A stretch of DNA of 64,000 nucleotides from Octopus sinensis (Eukaryota). Below, piece after piece: positions 1 through 12,735 of the stretch (positions are counted from its first letter, which is position 1; every line of letters begins with the position of its first letter). Under the pieces are notes generated by a model. It was given only the letters and a program-made list of their open reading frames with translations. It had not been told where the DNA came from and did no database searches. A program made the translations under genes and the position numbers. The stretch is from NCBI RefSeq assembly GCF_006345805.1, contig NC_042998.1, positions 18,476,001 through 18,540,000 on the forward strand, given 5' to 3'.

Positions 1-48
1 ACATATATACACACATACACATACATACATACATACATAATACATACA

Positions 49-84
<36 letters not shown>

Positions 85-98
85 TATGTACATATATA

Positions 99-144
<46 letters not shown>
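1..144. repeat. (ACAT)n/(AT)n microsatellite, internal tract of a SINE family A copy
   Basis: Direct simple repeat abutting the SINE A 5' module at 145. Confidence 0.95.
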
Positions 145-145
<1 letters not shown>

Positions 146-300
146 GACGGGCTTCTTTCAGTTTCCGTCTGCCAAATCCACTCACAAGGCTTTGGTTGGC
201 CCGAGGCTATAGTAGAAGGCAAGGTGTAACGCAGTGGAAATGAACCCGTAACCATGTGGTTGGTAAACAAGCTACTTACCACACAACTACTCCTGCACCT
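145..300 (-). mobile_element. tRNA-derived SINE family A, 5' module
   Basis: Reverse complement matches the family A head seen at 7663 (A-box-like TGGCTGTGTGG, B-box-like GGTTCAGTCCC in intact copies) and its body ending GAAACTGAAAGAAGCCCGTCG. Confidence 0.85.
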
Positions 301-390
301 CACAGTCACTTCTGTGCCGTATAAAAACTAGCTGGTTCCAATAACGAAATAGTCTGGATATACAGTTATTTTTTATAGATTCTAATATAA

Positions 391-575
391 GACGATGAAC
401 TGGCAGAATCGTTAGTACGCCGAGCAAAATGCTTCCTTTCGATATGAGTTCAAGTTCTACCAAGGTCGACTTTTTCTTTCAACCTCTCGGATAAAATAGC
501 CAATGCTTGAGTACTGGAGCCGATGTAATTGACTATTCTCCTCCTTCGAATTTTAAGCCTTGTAGAAAAGAATAT
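391..575 (+). mobile_element. SINE family B, degenerate
   Basis: CTGGCAGAATCGTTAG head plus GTCGACTTT..TTTCA and GATGTAATTGACT blocks shared with better copies at 24929, 41294 and 54843. Confidence 0.7.
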
Positions 576-892
576 TTATAGATTCGAACTTTAATCAGAT
601 TTATAATATGATAATATATCTTTAAGTTTGCGATGTATCAATACACAAAATTAAAGCGGCGTGCTGTCACACCGATACAATGCCGGACAAATTGCTTTCG
701 GACTTCTATCGTGTTCTGGAGTAGGCGGTATACAAACATACACGCACATTTTTTCATGGTGTCTCATTGCATCCTATATAGTGAGTGTTCGCACAGCAGC
801 TGGACACAGATTTGCGACGATACTTCATGGAGCGCTTTATTATAATACGTACATCTAATTGTACACGCTGGAAATACTATACACTCTCATTT

Positions 893-1035
893 ATATAGAT
901 AGCCACTAGACCTTTTTTTTTTTAATTTTCTCTCCCTGTTTATTTCTGTGTTCGTTTCTGTCGAAGATCGTAGGCTCGAAACGTAAAATACTTTCTCACT
1001 TCCCGAGCGTTAAACTAATACATCTGTTTGTTGCT
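893..1035 (+). mobile_element. ~190-bp hammerhead-motif element (family H1), partial copy
   Basis: Homologous to 2358-2541 and 44141-44334. Contains TTT-CTGTCGA-A-GATC-GTAG-GCTC-GAAA-CG-TA-AAA at 955-988. Confidence 0.75.
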
Positions 1036-1084
1036 GGGGAGAGAGAAAACCAGGTCTTCCTTGATTGCAAATATGCTATAGCTT

Positions 1085-1097
1085 TATATACATATGT

Positions 1098-1185
<88 letters not shown>

Positions 1186-1202
1186 GTATATATACATATA
1201 CT
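1085..1202. repeat. (CA)n(TA)n microsatellite
   Basis: Direct. Confidence 0.95.
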
Positions 1203-1415
1203 CTCTTTTACTCTTTTACTTGTTTCAGTCATTTGACTGCGGCCATGCTGGAGTACGGCCTTTAATCGAGCAACTCGACCCCGGGACTTATTCTTTTGTA
1301 AGCCCAGTACTTATTCTATCGGTCGCTTTTGCCGAACCGCCAAGTAACGGGGACGTAAACACACCAGCATCGGTTGTCAAGCAATACTAGGGGGACAAGC
1401 ACAGGCACACAAACA
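1203..1415 (-). mobile_element. SINE family A, 3' module
   Basis: CTCTTTTACTCTTTTACTTGTTTCAGTCATTTGACTGCGGCCATGCTGGAG...AACACACCAGCATCGGTTGTCAAGC, followed by (ATGT)n. Confidence 0.9.
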
Positions 1416-1855
1416 TACACGCACACACATATATAGATACATGTATGTATGTATGTATGTATGTATGTATGTATGTATGTATGTATGTATGTATGTATGT
1501 ATGTGTGTGTGTATGTGAATGTGTATGCATATGAATATATGTATGAGGATTGTTGGATTCTAAGAAATCTATCTCTATGTATATGCCACAAAGTCTCTTC
1601 TTTAAGATTCATCAAAGAATGTTTCGGAAAATCTAAAATGGTGAAGGCGTTTTACAAACGGCAGAACGCCTGGCATGTATTTAATCACGTCACTTTCAGT
1701 CAGAATCAGTTCCTCAGTTAAGAGTGATAAAATCTATAAAAATAAGTGCTTGTCGTATATCGAGGTCGCGGTAATTGATTCGAAATGCTTTCTCTGCAAA
1801 TTTGAGACGTTCTTCTAACATAATAAATCAATATTCATTTGCGTGTGTGTGTAGT

Positions 1856-1906
<51 letters not shown>

Positions 1907-2067
1907 CACTGTCACCCAAAAATAGGTTTACAGTTATCCTGTAAGCACTTTAAATTTCTTTGAAAACAATTTATTGTATTTAAATTTCCATCTTACAATT
2001 AACTAAATTAGTATAGAATAATATTTTCATTTTTTCTTATAATAAAAATCTACACTTTTAAAATATG

Positions 2068-2262
2068 AATGCGAAATTAGCAAGCCGGGTAAAATACTTA
2101 GCAATGCTTGGTATGTCTTCACGTTCTGACTTCAATGCCGCCGGTATCCACCTTGCCTTTCATCCTTTCAGCGTGAATAAATTAAGTACCAGTTACATAC
2201 TTGGGTCGATGTAATCTACTCATCACCTCCCCAAAATGTCAGGTCTTATGGTGTTAATACAG
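2068..2262 (+). mobile_element. SINE family B, degenerate
   Basis: GCCTTTCATCCTTTCAGCG..ATAAATTAAGTACCAGTTAC..GGGTCGATGTAATC core. Confidence 0.75.
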
Positions 2263-2357
2263 AGATTATTAGAGCTGTATAAACATCCCATAGATATCAC
2301 AAAAACCTCGTACAGTTTAAATTGACTGCTTACGTTGGTATAAATTTATATATATAT

Positions 2358-2541
2358 AGTTGCCATGATAGATCGGTAACCACTACACACATTTTTTTCT
2401 CTCCTTGTTATTTCTGTGTCCTTTTCTGTAGAAGAGCGTAGGCTCGAAACGTAAAAGACTTTTTCGATTCCTAAGCGTTATACTAATACATCTGTTTGTT
2501 TTGTACACCACCTGTCTTCGTCTTTTGTTTTTTTCGTAAAC
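2358..2541 (+). mobile_element. ~190-bp hammerhead-motif element (family H1), near-complete copy, inserted next to (TA)n
   Basis: Aligns end to end with the reverse complement of 44141-44334. Confidence 0.8.
2421..2457 (+). ncRNA. Minimal type I hammerhead-like motif with A6U core variant
   Basis: CTTTT-CTGTAGA-A-GAGC-GTAG-GCTC-GAAA-CG-T-A-AAAG: helix I, 4-bp stem II with tetraloop, GAAA, palindromic ACGT helix III, GUA triplet. Confidence 0.6.
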
Positions 2542-4154
2542 TACGTGTGTGCTTGTGTCTCTGTGTGTTTTGAGGCGTATGTATTGATTATGCGCAGCGA
2601 AAATATATAAAATATAGGAATATCGAAGTGAACGAGAAATGGGGTTGCCTGATTTGTATCGGAATTCTGATTACAAAAAGAAAAACACATCCTGGAAAAA
2701 CATATCTGAAACGGGAAGAGACGAAGACATGATATCGCTTTACGCGGTAGTATTTAATGAGTAAATTATAGAAATATACAAAGGATGATGGGAAGAAAGA
2801 TTTTAATAGATTAACTAACATTGGACATTTCTTTGTTGAATGAAATTGCTTTAGCTATATTAGCACTATCTAATGTTTTAAATGTTTGGTTTGATATTTC
2901 GGAACGTATCTAGTGTTTTTTTTTTTCCTTCTTAATTTAAAGCATAAAAGCCATTAAGAAGATGAATGATAAATTCCCTTACGCATATGTCGTTAAGAAT
3001 GTTTTTGACATAGACATTTTTTCTCAATGTTTAATTTTGATATTTCTCTTTTAAAATCCGAAATCTTCAAGAAAAGGAAAAATGATACGTTTCATTAATG
3101 GCTTCCACATTTGCAACGCAATTTGCCATTCAAACTAAAACATTACAATTTTTAATATAAAATTACGATATTTTTTTTATCTTTCCTTTTCTTTTATCTT
3201 TTGGCATATGAGTCATTAAATAACTGTAAACTGAACTAATGCTACAATAACAAACTAAACCTTTCTTTTACCGCCTTCTTCTCCGCCTCTTCCTCCTCCT
3301 CTTCCTCTTCCTACCTCTGTTCCTCCTTCTTTTCATCAACACCATCACAGTTATTGCCATCCGCATGTTCGTTATCACTGTCAATTTGGTGACAAGTCAT
3401 AAAACCTCAAATGTCTTATTGACTAGACACTGCGCTGCACCTGCAGAGGAGTCTGGACAGACGCTACACTGAATGAATGCTTTTCTATGTTTGACTAAAT
3501 AATTTATCAAAATTATCTATAACTTAATACATCATGGCGCAGCTTGAAGTCTCATTAACTAGGCGGTAGACATTAGATAAGTAGTATTCAATATCATTAA
3601 TGTCATTGCTTGCAAAGAAACTGTCTGTAATGTAAAATTAAATAGCGTCGCAAAAGAGTGATTGATATTCGTTACACTGCATAAGTCCATAACTTTCATC
3701 ATCTCAACAATAAAACTAGTAAAGCGATGGACAGAGACTCTGCGTAACCACTCAATCAGCTGGAAATAGTGAGCAGGCTCGCCTCAGTTAAAATCAAACA
3801 TTTAAAACTCTAATGGACGTATTGGTTTCAAATTTTGGCACAAAGCCAGCAAGTTTGGGAGGAGGAGGAAAGTGTTTTTCATGTACCTTAGTGTTTAACA
3901 GGTACTCATCACGATGACCACGAAAGGATAAAAGGCAATGTCGAGCCGGGCATAATTTGAACAAAAGACCGCTAAGCAATTTGCTCGACGTGCGAGCGAT
4001 TCAACCAGCTTCACGGCCGTATCTATAGCGCACATGTTAACCAACGAATTCTAAGGTATTACTACATAACAGGACGGGGAAGAACAAGACCGCTCAACGT
4101 AGGTCTGTTCTATAGTGACAGAATATATATGTATTTTATTGCCGTTATTCATTA

Positions 4155-4166
4155 GCATCATCATCA

Positions 4167-4215
<49 letters not shown>
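4155..4215. repeat. (ATC)n(ATT)n microsatellite
   Basis: Direct. Confidence 0.95.
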
Positions 4216-4406
4216 AGCATTTATTATTTCGTGTCGAGCGAAATATCTTGTGCTATTCCGCTGTAGTTGTCTCTGCTATTCATCTCAGAAATAGCCGTCA
4301 GATTGGGGGATGATGGGGGACGATGTAATCGACAACCATTTCCCCTCAAGACTACTAGAATCTGCCAAAAAGTTTAAGGATTTATCAATATTATTAATAT
4401 TGTTAA

Positions 4407-4503
4407 GGCGGCCAGCTGGCAGAATCGTTAGTATTGGAGTCGATGTAATCGACTCTTCCTCTCCCTTCAAAATTTCAGGACTTCTCCCTATTATAGAAAG
4501 GAT
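4407..4503 (+). mobile_element. SINE family B, internally deleted
   Basis: Head GCTGGCAGAATCGTTAGTA fused directly to TTGGAGTCGATGTAATCGAC of the 3' part. Confidence 0.7.
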
Positions 4504-5468
4504 TGTTATAATTATTGTTGTTGTTCTTCTTCCTGTTGTTGATGTCATTAAGCAGTCAATTCTACGAGACAACTCGGCACAGTTGCGATCCACTTTCTAT
4601 TACATTGTACTACTTCTTGCTTTGTGGTCCCTATTGCTATTAAAACCAATACTATTTAATGATGAAGAGTTAAATAATACTGACGAGTGTTTCGAATGGT
4701 AAGATCTGGGCAATATTATTAGCATTATTTAATTTCCTCAACATGAGTTCTGGGTTGAAATCTTGATCAGTCTCTACTTATGACTCGCTAAAATGGCTAC
4801 CAGGAAATTAAATTTTGATGAATGTTCTTCTTTTCAATTACAAATCTTTCCTACCCTTTATGAAATGTATTTATTTTCATAAATATGGAACTGATTCAAG
4901 GGAAATATCAATCATGCTGCCATACATAGCTTCAGTTTCTTAAAAAGATAATATCTTGTCATCATTTACAGCTTGAACTTGAAACTAACACATGCTGCTA
5001 GTAAATACATACTTATGAATGCAACGACATGTTGTCATTTGCAGATTTGTTTAAAGTTGCCTTAATCGGCAATGAACTGGGTCGTTAAAAAGATACAACA
5101 TACAAATAAACATTTTCCTAAGATAGCAAAATATTTCTGAAAGAGTAACTACATCATATTTTTCACATATTGCAATGAAAAAGTCGTTCTATTTTTCTTT
5201 AATTATTTATTTTGTTTTATGTTGCTTCTATCGCAAAGATATGAAAGCTAATTGGTACATACAATCATATGAGAGAAATATTTACTCAAGCAATTAGGCT
5301 AAATAAGCGGAAAAGTGCTTATGAATTAAGATACAAAGAATGAATAAATAACAAAAGGACATTGGAAACATATACAATGAAATTAATGTATGATGCATTA
5401 AGATGATATTGTCGTAAGTGAATGTGTATACAAACGCCATATACACACGTACATATGCAGACAGACAG

Positions 5469-5503
<35 letters not shown>

Positions 5504-5642
5504 CAAACCACATTTACTCACAGAGATTCGCAAATATATATATATTTACATTCGCATAAGTATATGCATATCGGAATGTATATATACATGGCCTCAGCAT
5601 GGCCTCAGCCGGATGGCTGAAACAAGTAAAAGAGTAAAAGAG

Positions 5643-6127
<485 letters not shown>

Positions 6128-6169
6128 GTATATTTATTTATATAACCTTTTATTGATCCTGTCATCAAA

Positions 6170-6515
6170 CCGTGACCGTGCTGGGGCACCGACTTCAAAA
6201 ACTTTTTATTGAATGAATCGATCCCAACACACCTTTCTTCAAAGCCTAGTACTTATTTTATCTCTCTATTTTCGTGAGGTCAAACACAGGCACAAAGACA
6301 TACGCACACATATATACGTGCACACACACACATGCATAGAAACCAGCACACTTACACACATGCACATATATATGCATATACGATCGACTTCTTTCAGTTT
6401 TCGTTAACCAAATCCACTTCCAAGGATGTGGTCGGCTCGAAGTTAAAGTACAGGACACTTGCCCATTGTGCCACTCAGTGGGACTCAGTCAGGGACAATG
6501 TGGTGGCGAAACATG
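6170..6515 (-). mobile_element. SINE family A, old degenerate copy
   Basis: Recognisable 3' module, microsatellite and 5' module with many substitutions. Confidence 0.7.
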
Positions 6516-6522
6516 CTTCTTC

Positions 6523-6637
6523 GACATTATTTACATTATTTACAAGTGACGGATATTTGTACTCATCTTCATTGTTGTTAACACAAGTTTTCGGCAGATA
6601 TACCCTCCAGCTTTTATCAGGTGCCACGGGGAATTTC

Positions 6638-6640
<3 letters not shown>
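6523..6640 (-). mobile_element. Hammerhead-motif element family H2, decayed
   Basis: Minus strand reads CAC-CTGATAA-AA-GCTG-GAGGGTATAT-CTGCC-GAAA-AC-TT-GTG. Its terminus is shared with 53194-53223 and 53455-53495. Confidence 0.6.
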
Positions 6641-6689
<49 letters not shown>

Positions 6690-7662
6690 CAAATATATAT
6701 ATTCTAGATATATTCTTACGAAAATAGAAATCATCTCAGAATTTAAACGTGCAAGTACGGAAACGTAATATATATTAGAGTGGAAAATTTGTCATTTACA
6801 TGAAATATTATTTTATGAGATTCATTGATATTTTCTGAAGAGAAGCTTGTTGAAATCTATGAGGATACATAAAGAAAGAAATAATAGCAATCTAAGGCTT
6901 AACTGCATTACTGGAGATGAAGAATTTTATACAAGAATTCGTATTTCTGATAAAACGTTTTCTGTTACCATTGCTTTATTTCTTTTAACTTTGCAAGTAA
7001 CCTTGCAATGAATGACAGAGTGAATACATGAAAGTACATGTAAGTGTAAACAACTGGCAATGATTATGTGTCTGGGTATGTGTGTGCGAGTGTATTTATG
7101 TGTGTGTGTGAGTGTGTGTGAGTATTCGCACACGAGAAAGTAACCGAGGAAGAGAGGTAGTAGAAAAGAGGAAGAAAAGTGGAAAAGATTCTGAAATCTG
7201 AGGGTATAGTAGCTACTAAATAATCTTTTAGAAATGCTTTCAACTTATGAACGTGATACAGTTATAACTCAAATAACATTTGCATTTATTCTTTGTTTTT
7301 GTTTTTTTTTCGTTTTTGTTATTTTTTGCAGAATTAGTAGCACATAAGTTTGGTTGACTGCTAAAATCAATGGATCAATAGATCAATAATTCCAGGAATA
7401 GAGCCTTGACATGGTATAACCAATGCAGTTCCGTCAATAGATTCCATCGGGAAGACAGCTCCGGATATCTTACGTGCCAGCCTACGAGTTTCCTGTTTTC
7501 AATGAACTTAACATGCGAAACGCCCATAGTCGATTGATTCCAGTGGCATCCACGTTAAAGTAACTTTAGCAACAACAGCAACCACAAAACTGCATCTGCA
7601 TCACCAGCAGCAGCAACAGCTAGGGAATGATATAGTTAATACATTTGGAAAAAGTTAGACAT

Positions 7663-8073
7663 AGGCGCAGGAGTGGCTGTGTGGTTAGTAGCTTGCTAAC
7701 CAACCACATTGTTCCGGGTTCAGTCCCACTGCGTGGCATCTTGGGCAAGTGTCTTCTGCTATAGCCCCGGGCCGACCAATGCCTTGTGAGTGGATTTGGT
7801 AGACGGAAACTAAAAGAAGCATGTTGTATATATGTATATATATATATATATATATAAGTGTGTGTGTATATGTTTGTGTGTCTGTGTATGTTCCCCTAGC
7901 ATTGCTTGACCGATGCTGGTGTGTTTATGTCCCCGTTACTTAGCGGTTCGGCAAACGAGACCGATAGAATAAGTACTGGGCTTACAAAAGAATAAGTCCC
8001 GGGGTGGAGTTGCTCGACTAAAGGCGGTGCTCCAGCATGGCTGCAGTCAAATGACTGAAACAAGTAAAAGAGT
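7663..8073 (+). mobile_element. SINE family A, full length, young subfamily
   Basis: tRNA-like head, body, (TA)n(TG)n tract, 3' module ending GACTGAAACAAGTAAAAGAG. Confidence 0.92.
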
Positions 8074-8708
8074 ATAGATCATGGAAGTAATAAAAATGAA
8101 AGCACACAACACACAGACGAACACACACATACAAGGACACGCAGAGACATGGAGAGAAGAAAAGGGGCAAATGTAGAGGGAAAAAAAAGACTAAAAGATT
8201 GAGTAGGGGAAGTGAGTGATCTTATAATCCACGTGCTGGTAACATTTATGCATATATAATAAGTAAAATTGATGTATATTTCATAGAAAATCTAGACTAA
8301 TAGAAAAGGATTTTCTAAAATCAGGAGCAGGCTGAATTTAGCCTGAGCCAAAGCGATAATCCACGACTACAGTCGACGAGAAATGTTGGGAATTATACGG
8401 ACTTTGCCTGGACTCTTGTGGCAGAGGAAACCGTGTTCGGCTCATTCAGTGGTTTATTCCAAATACATATAAAATACATATAGAGTAATGGATGATTGAA
8501 GATGCATCGAATTCTATTTTCAGTCCATCTGACAGTCTCCGTGGAATTAGAATTCGAGGACATGTCTTTGTAAAGTTCTGTCATCTATAGTTGATTATGT
8601 TCTCCGTCTTTCAACACACACAAGCATGCTCTCACTCACAGGATCATACACAGCAAAAAGTCACATATACATTGTAAATGCCTGTTTCTGTATATATATA
8701 TATATATA

Positions 8709-8814
<106 letters not shown>

Positions 8815-8819
8815 GTCTT

Positions 8820-9195
8820 TTATCTTCTACTTGTTTCAGTCATTAGACTGCAGCCATGAATTTTCAGCCGAATGTGTCAGCCCCAGTACTTGCTTCTTAT
8901 AAATCTGGTACTTATTCTCTCGGTCACTTTTGCCGAAACGCGAAGTTATGGTGATGTAAAAACACAAGCACCAGCTGTCAAGTGGTGATGGGACACACGC
9001 ACACACACACACACACACACACGCACACATATGTACATGTATGGCCCGTTTTTTCAGTCTCCATCTATCAAATCAACTCACAAGGATCATGCCAGTCCGA
9101 GGCAATACTAGAGTAGACATTCCAAAGTTACCACGCAGTGGGACTGAACTCGGAACCGTGTATTTGAAAAGCAAGCGTCTTAACAAATAGCTACA
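8820..9195 (-). mobile_element. SINE family A, degenerate full length
   Basis: Both modules and the central (CA)n are recognisable. Confidence 0.75.
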
Positions 9196-10568
9196 TTTAT
9201 GTGTATTTGCAATTGTTTACGCGTATTTCAGTCTTATATACACATGAATACCGAAACCTTCATTTATGTAACATATATTATCATCAGAAGAGTAAACCAT
9301 TAAACATTATGCTATGTTGATGTTTTATCGCCCTCAAACCTGCATTGTGGGAGAGTGTCCGACCTCCTTCAGGTTATACAAACTAATTAATCAAATGTCT
9401 ACCAATCCACAGTGGACATGGACAATTATATTAACCACGCTCTCTTTACTGACTTTAATGAAAGAATACCAACGAGATTTACAGAGAGTTGTTGTTTATC
9501 AACGAAATAATAATCTCTGGTATGTACCTAAATTATAAGCCTTCCCTTGAGTATTGTTTGAAAATATAAAGCCATGCCTACAGCATGCAGGAGAAAAATC
9601 CATCTTCCCTTGAGAGTTAGCTGTGTTAATTCTGTAAAAATACAGGTCTGGCCAGATGTTGGCAACGAAAATACATTTGAATATTGTTCAAGTTTCAAAT
9701 TGGTCGGGGGTCTTCACAATCGGAAAATATCTCGTTAAATTCATATTGCTTTTAATTTTTTGCAGACAAAATATTATCTTGAGTGTCTAAACTGAACAGA
9801 CTTCCAAACTTGACCCGGTCGTTCATATTTCAAACACTGACCATCAAGCTTTATATCGCCTTATATACTGCCCGTTAATTTTTCTTTCTGTTATAACAAA
9901 CACTCATACATACCGAATGGCCATCGATACTTTGTGACTCTGGTCAACGTTTTCAACCTTCGACAATGCAATTTTCGTGTTTCATGTCAAAGACATTTGC
10001 GAGCACAATTATAGTGATTGGACTATGGTAGATAATGTAATTTCTAACCACCTATCCTAACCACCTTTCCAATATCTATTTTGTTATACATTGACAAGTT
10101 TTATCTAAAGAATATTTTCCTATGCGCGCATCGCCACTTTGGTGTCCACTATCGTTTTATCTCTAATTTAATAGTTTTGCCAAAAGTGAACAATAACCTA
10201 TCTACTATACATTACTTTCAACCACTCTACTAAATTCACGACCTGTGTGCATTGAATGAGCACACTAAAACCGTGTGGGCAATATGCAATATTCTCCAGG
10301 TAAAACAAGTTTTCAAAATGATACAAAATCATAATTACTCTTCATGATATAGCAATCCATGCGTCCGTTCCTCTGTTGCTAACATTCTTCTGCAGCAAAC
10401 AGGCTCACATGCAATCCGAGTGTCAAGGTGGGTAAGACATGGTTCACGCCATGTTAAAACATCACTTACGTATGGCAACAGTGTATTGATATCATTTCCC
10501 TATCCAATTTTCCACTAGGCGCACTATATATTCAGTCTAGTTTTCGGTTCGTGGCGAAATATGTTGTT

Positions 10569-10815
10569 GTTGTTGTTTGTTCCTTCTCGGGCAATGCCTT
10601 GCTCATTAGGGCCGGTTTCCCGGTTTCTTGGCGTATAGGTTCCCCATCTAGACGGGACGCTGGGCCGTCGCAGGTGAGCTGCAAGATGCAGGAGGAAAGA
10701 GTGAGAGAAAGTCTCTCTAATAAACACACACATTGCCCGGTCTGAGATTCGATCGAACCCGCAATCCCTCGACCGCGAGCCCGCTGCTCTAACCACTAGG
10801 CTATGTGCCTCCACT
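10569..10815 (-). mobile_element. tRNA-derived SINE family D with V-domain-like centre and (CAA)n tail
   Basis: A box TAGCCTAGTGG, B box GGTTCGA, CCTGCGACGG..CGTCCCGTC segment, and a 14-bp target-site duplication CGAAATATGTTGTT at 10555-10568 and 10816-10829. Confidence 0.85.
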
Positions 10816-10907
10816 CGAAATATGTTGTTCTGCATCTGATTCTTACTCCGCATGCATCTCGGTTTTAATCCCTTCTTCAGATCGGTGGACAGCACAAATT
10901 GGTAGAT

Positions 10908-12150
10908 GTAGCAGCCCATTTGCGGTTACACTGACCAACTGTACGAATTTCGTGTGATATAAAGTATATCCTTTATCTTGCCAATTCCTTGATAAATTCC
11001 CCGGACAAAGATATATATTTTTGAATCCGGCACATTTAATCCTCTATATAATATTGGAAGCGTTCCCTGTTCAGAATTTAACCAACCACATGGTTCCGGG
11101 TTCAGTCCCACTGCGTGGCATCTTGGGCAAGTGTCTTCTGCTATAGCCCCGGGCCGACCAATGCCTTGTGAGTGGATTTGGTAGACGGAAACTGAAAGAA
11201 GCCTGTCGTATATATGTATATATATATATGTATGTGTGTGTGTGTGTTTGTGTGTCTGTGTTTGTTCCCCTAGCATTGCTTGACAACCGATGCTGGTGTG
11301 TTTACGTCCTCGTAAACACACCGATAGAATAAGTACTGGGCTTACAAAGAATAAGTCTCTGGGTGGATTTTCTCGAATAAAGGCGGTGCTCCAGCATGGC
11401 CGCAGTCAAATGACTGAAACAAGTAAAAGAGTAAAAGAGAGAGAGTAGCAGCCCATTTGCGGTGACACTGACCAACTGTCCGAATTTCGTGTGATATAAA
11501 GTATATCCTTTATCTTGCCAATTCCTTGATAAATTCCCCGGACAAAGTTATATATTTTTGAATCCGGCACATTTAATCCTCTATATAATATTGGAAGCGT
11601 TCCTGTTCAGAATTTAACCAACCACATGGTTCCGGGTTCAGTCCCACTGCGTGGCATCTTGGGCAAGTGTCTTCTGCTATAGCCCCGGCCGACCAATGCC
11701 TTGTGAGTGGATTTGGTAGACGGAAACTGAAAGAAGCCTGTCGTATATATGTATATAATATATGTATGTGTGTGTGTGTGTTTGTGTGTCTGTGTTTGTT
11801 CCCCTAGCATTGCTTGACAACCGATGCTGGTGTGTTTACGTCCTCGTAAACACACGATAGAATAAGTACTGGGCTTACAAAGAATAAGTCCCTGGGTGGA
11901 TTTTCTCGAATAAAGGCGGTGCTCCAGCATGGCCGCAGTCAAATGACTGAAACAAGTAAAAGAGTAAAAGAGAGAGAGTAGCAGCCCATTTGCGGTGACA
12001 CTGACCAACTGTCCGAATTTCGTGTGATATAAAGTATATCCTTTATCTTGCCAATTCCTTGATAAATTCCCCGGACAAAGATATATATTTTTGAATCCGG
12101 CACATTTAATCCTCTATATAATATTGGAAGCGTTCCCTGTTCAGAATTTA
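10908..12150 (+). repeat. Tandem duplication A-S-A-S-A (A = ~173 bp of host/piggyBac DNA, S = 5'-truncated SINE A)
   Basis: A at 10908-11080, 11445-11616 and 11978-12150; S at 11081-11444 and 11617-11977. Both S copies share one internal deletion. Confidence 0.95.
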
Positions 12151-12735
12151 CAGATCACTAATAATGTTAACAAAGATTGTTTGCATTGCTATTCACATGC
12201 ATTCCATGAGTTTCAATGTTTCTGTTTTGCCAATGTGTATCTTTTTTGTGAATGTTGATTTTGTTACACTTGTTACCCACAAAGATCACAAAAGTAGTTC
12301 ATACTTCTACCATTGTCAATAGAAATGTCATTATATTTTCCCATATAAAACCTGTGCCTTGTTCAAGATTCGTGTAAACTTTTTATGTTTATATATTTAT
12401 TGTTTGGTGCAGAATTCCTTTTCATCATTCATTTCTTTGAATGAGCACTTTCTATATCAGTTCATCACTATTTTGTACATCCTTTTTCAAAGACATATTT
12501 TTTTAAGTCTCAAACTATAATCCCTTGCATCTTAATCTGGTACCCGTGGGGTTTGTTCTTCGAAATTACTTGTATTGAATAAATTCGAAGAAGTTGTCAC
12601 CTCTTGTTGTTGCTCTTGATAAAACCTGGCGCCTTTAGGGGCGATTGGAAAACATTTCTGCACAACTCAAAATTCATGATTGCTATTATAATTTTTTTTT
12701 TTTGTTATTAGTATTATCTTTCTTTTATCTTTCTA

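Larger units (their letters stand above)
10150..12680 (-). pseudogene. piggyBac-like (PGBD-type) transposase fossil interrupted by SINEs and a tandem duplication
   Basis: Frameshifted minus-strand fragments in the expected order: ISIDN (cf. ISIDE), FIKELA/DKGY (cf. L..EL..KG...GT), TSTN, and KLDR/QYTVAIR/PCLTHLD/DFVSF (cf. DQ.ISQY.I.IR.KKW.WP.F..LLD and FLEFR). Compared with consensus from memory, not by HMM. Confidence 0.5.

Noticed and set aside
8393-8584. 63-aa minus-strand ORF in unique sequence
   Set aside because: No recognisable domain or splice context, and the length is within chance expectation.
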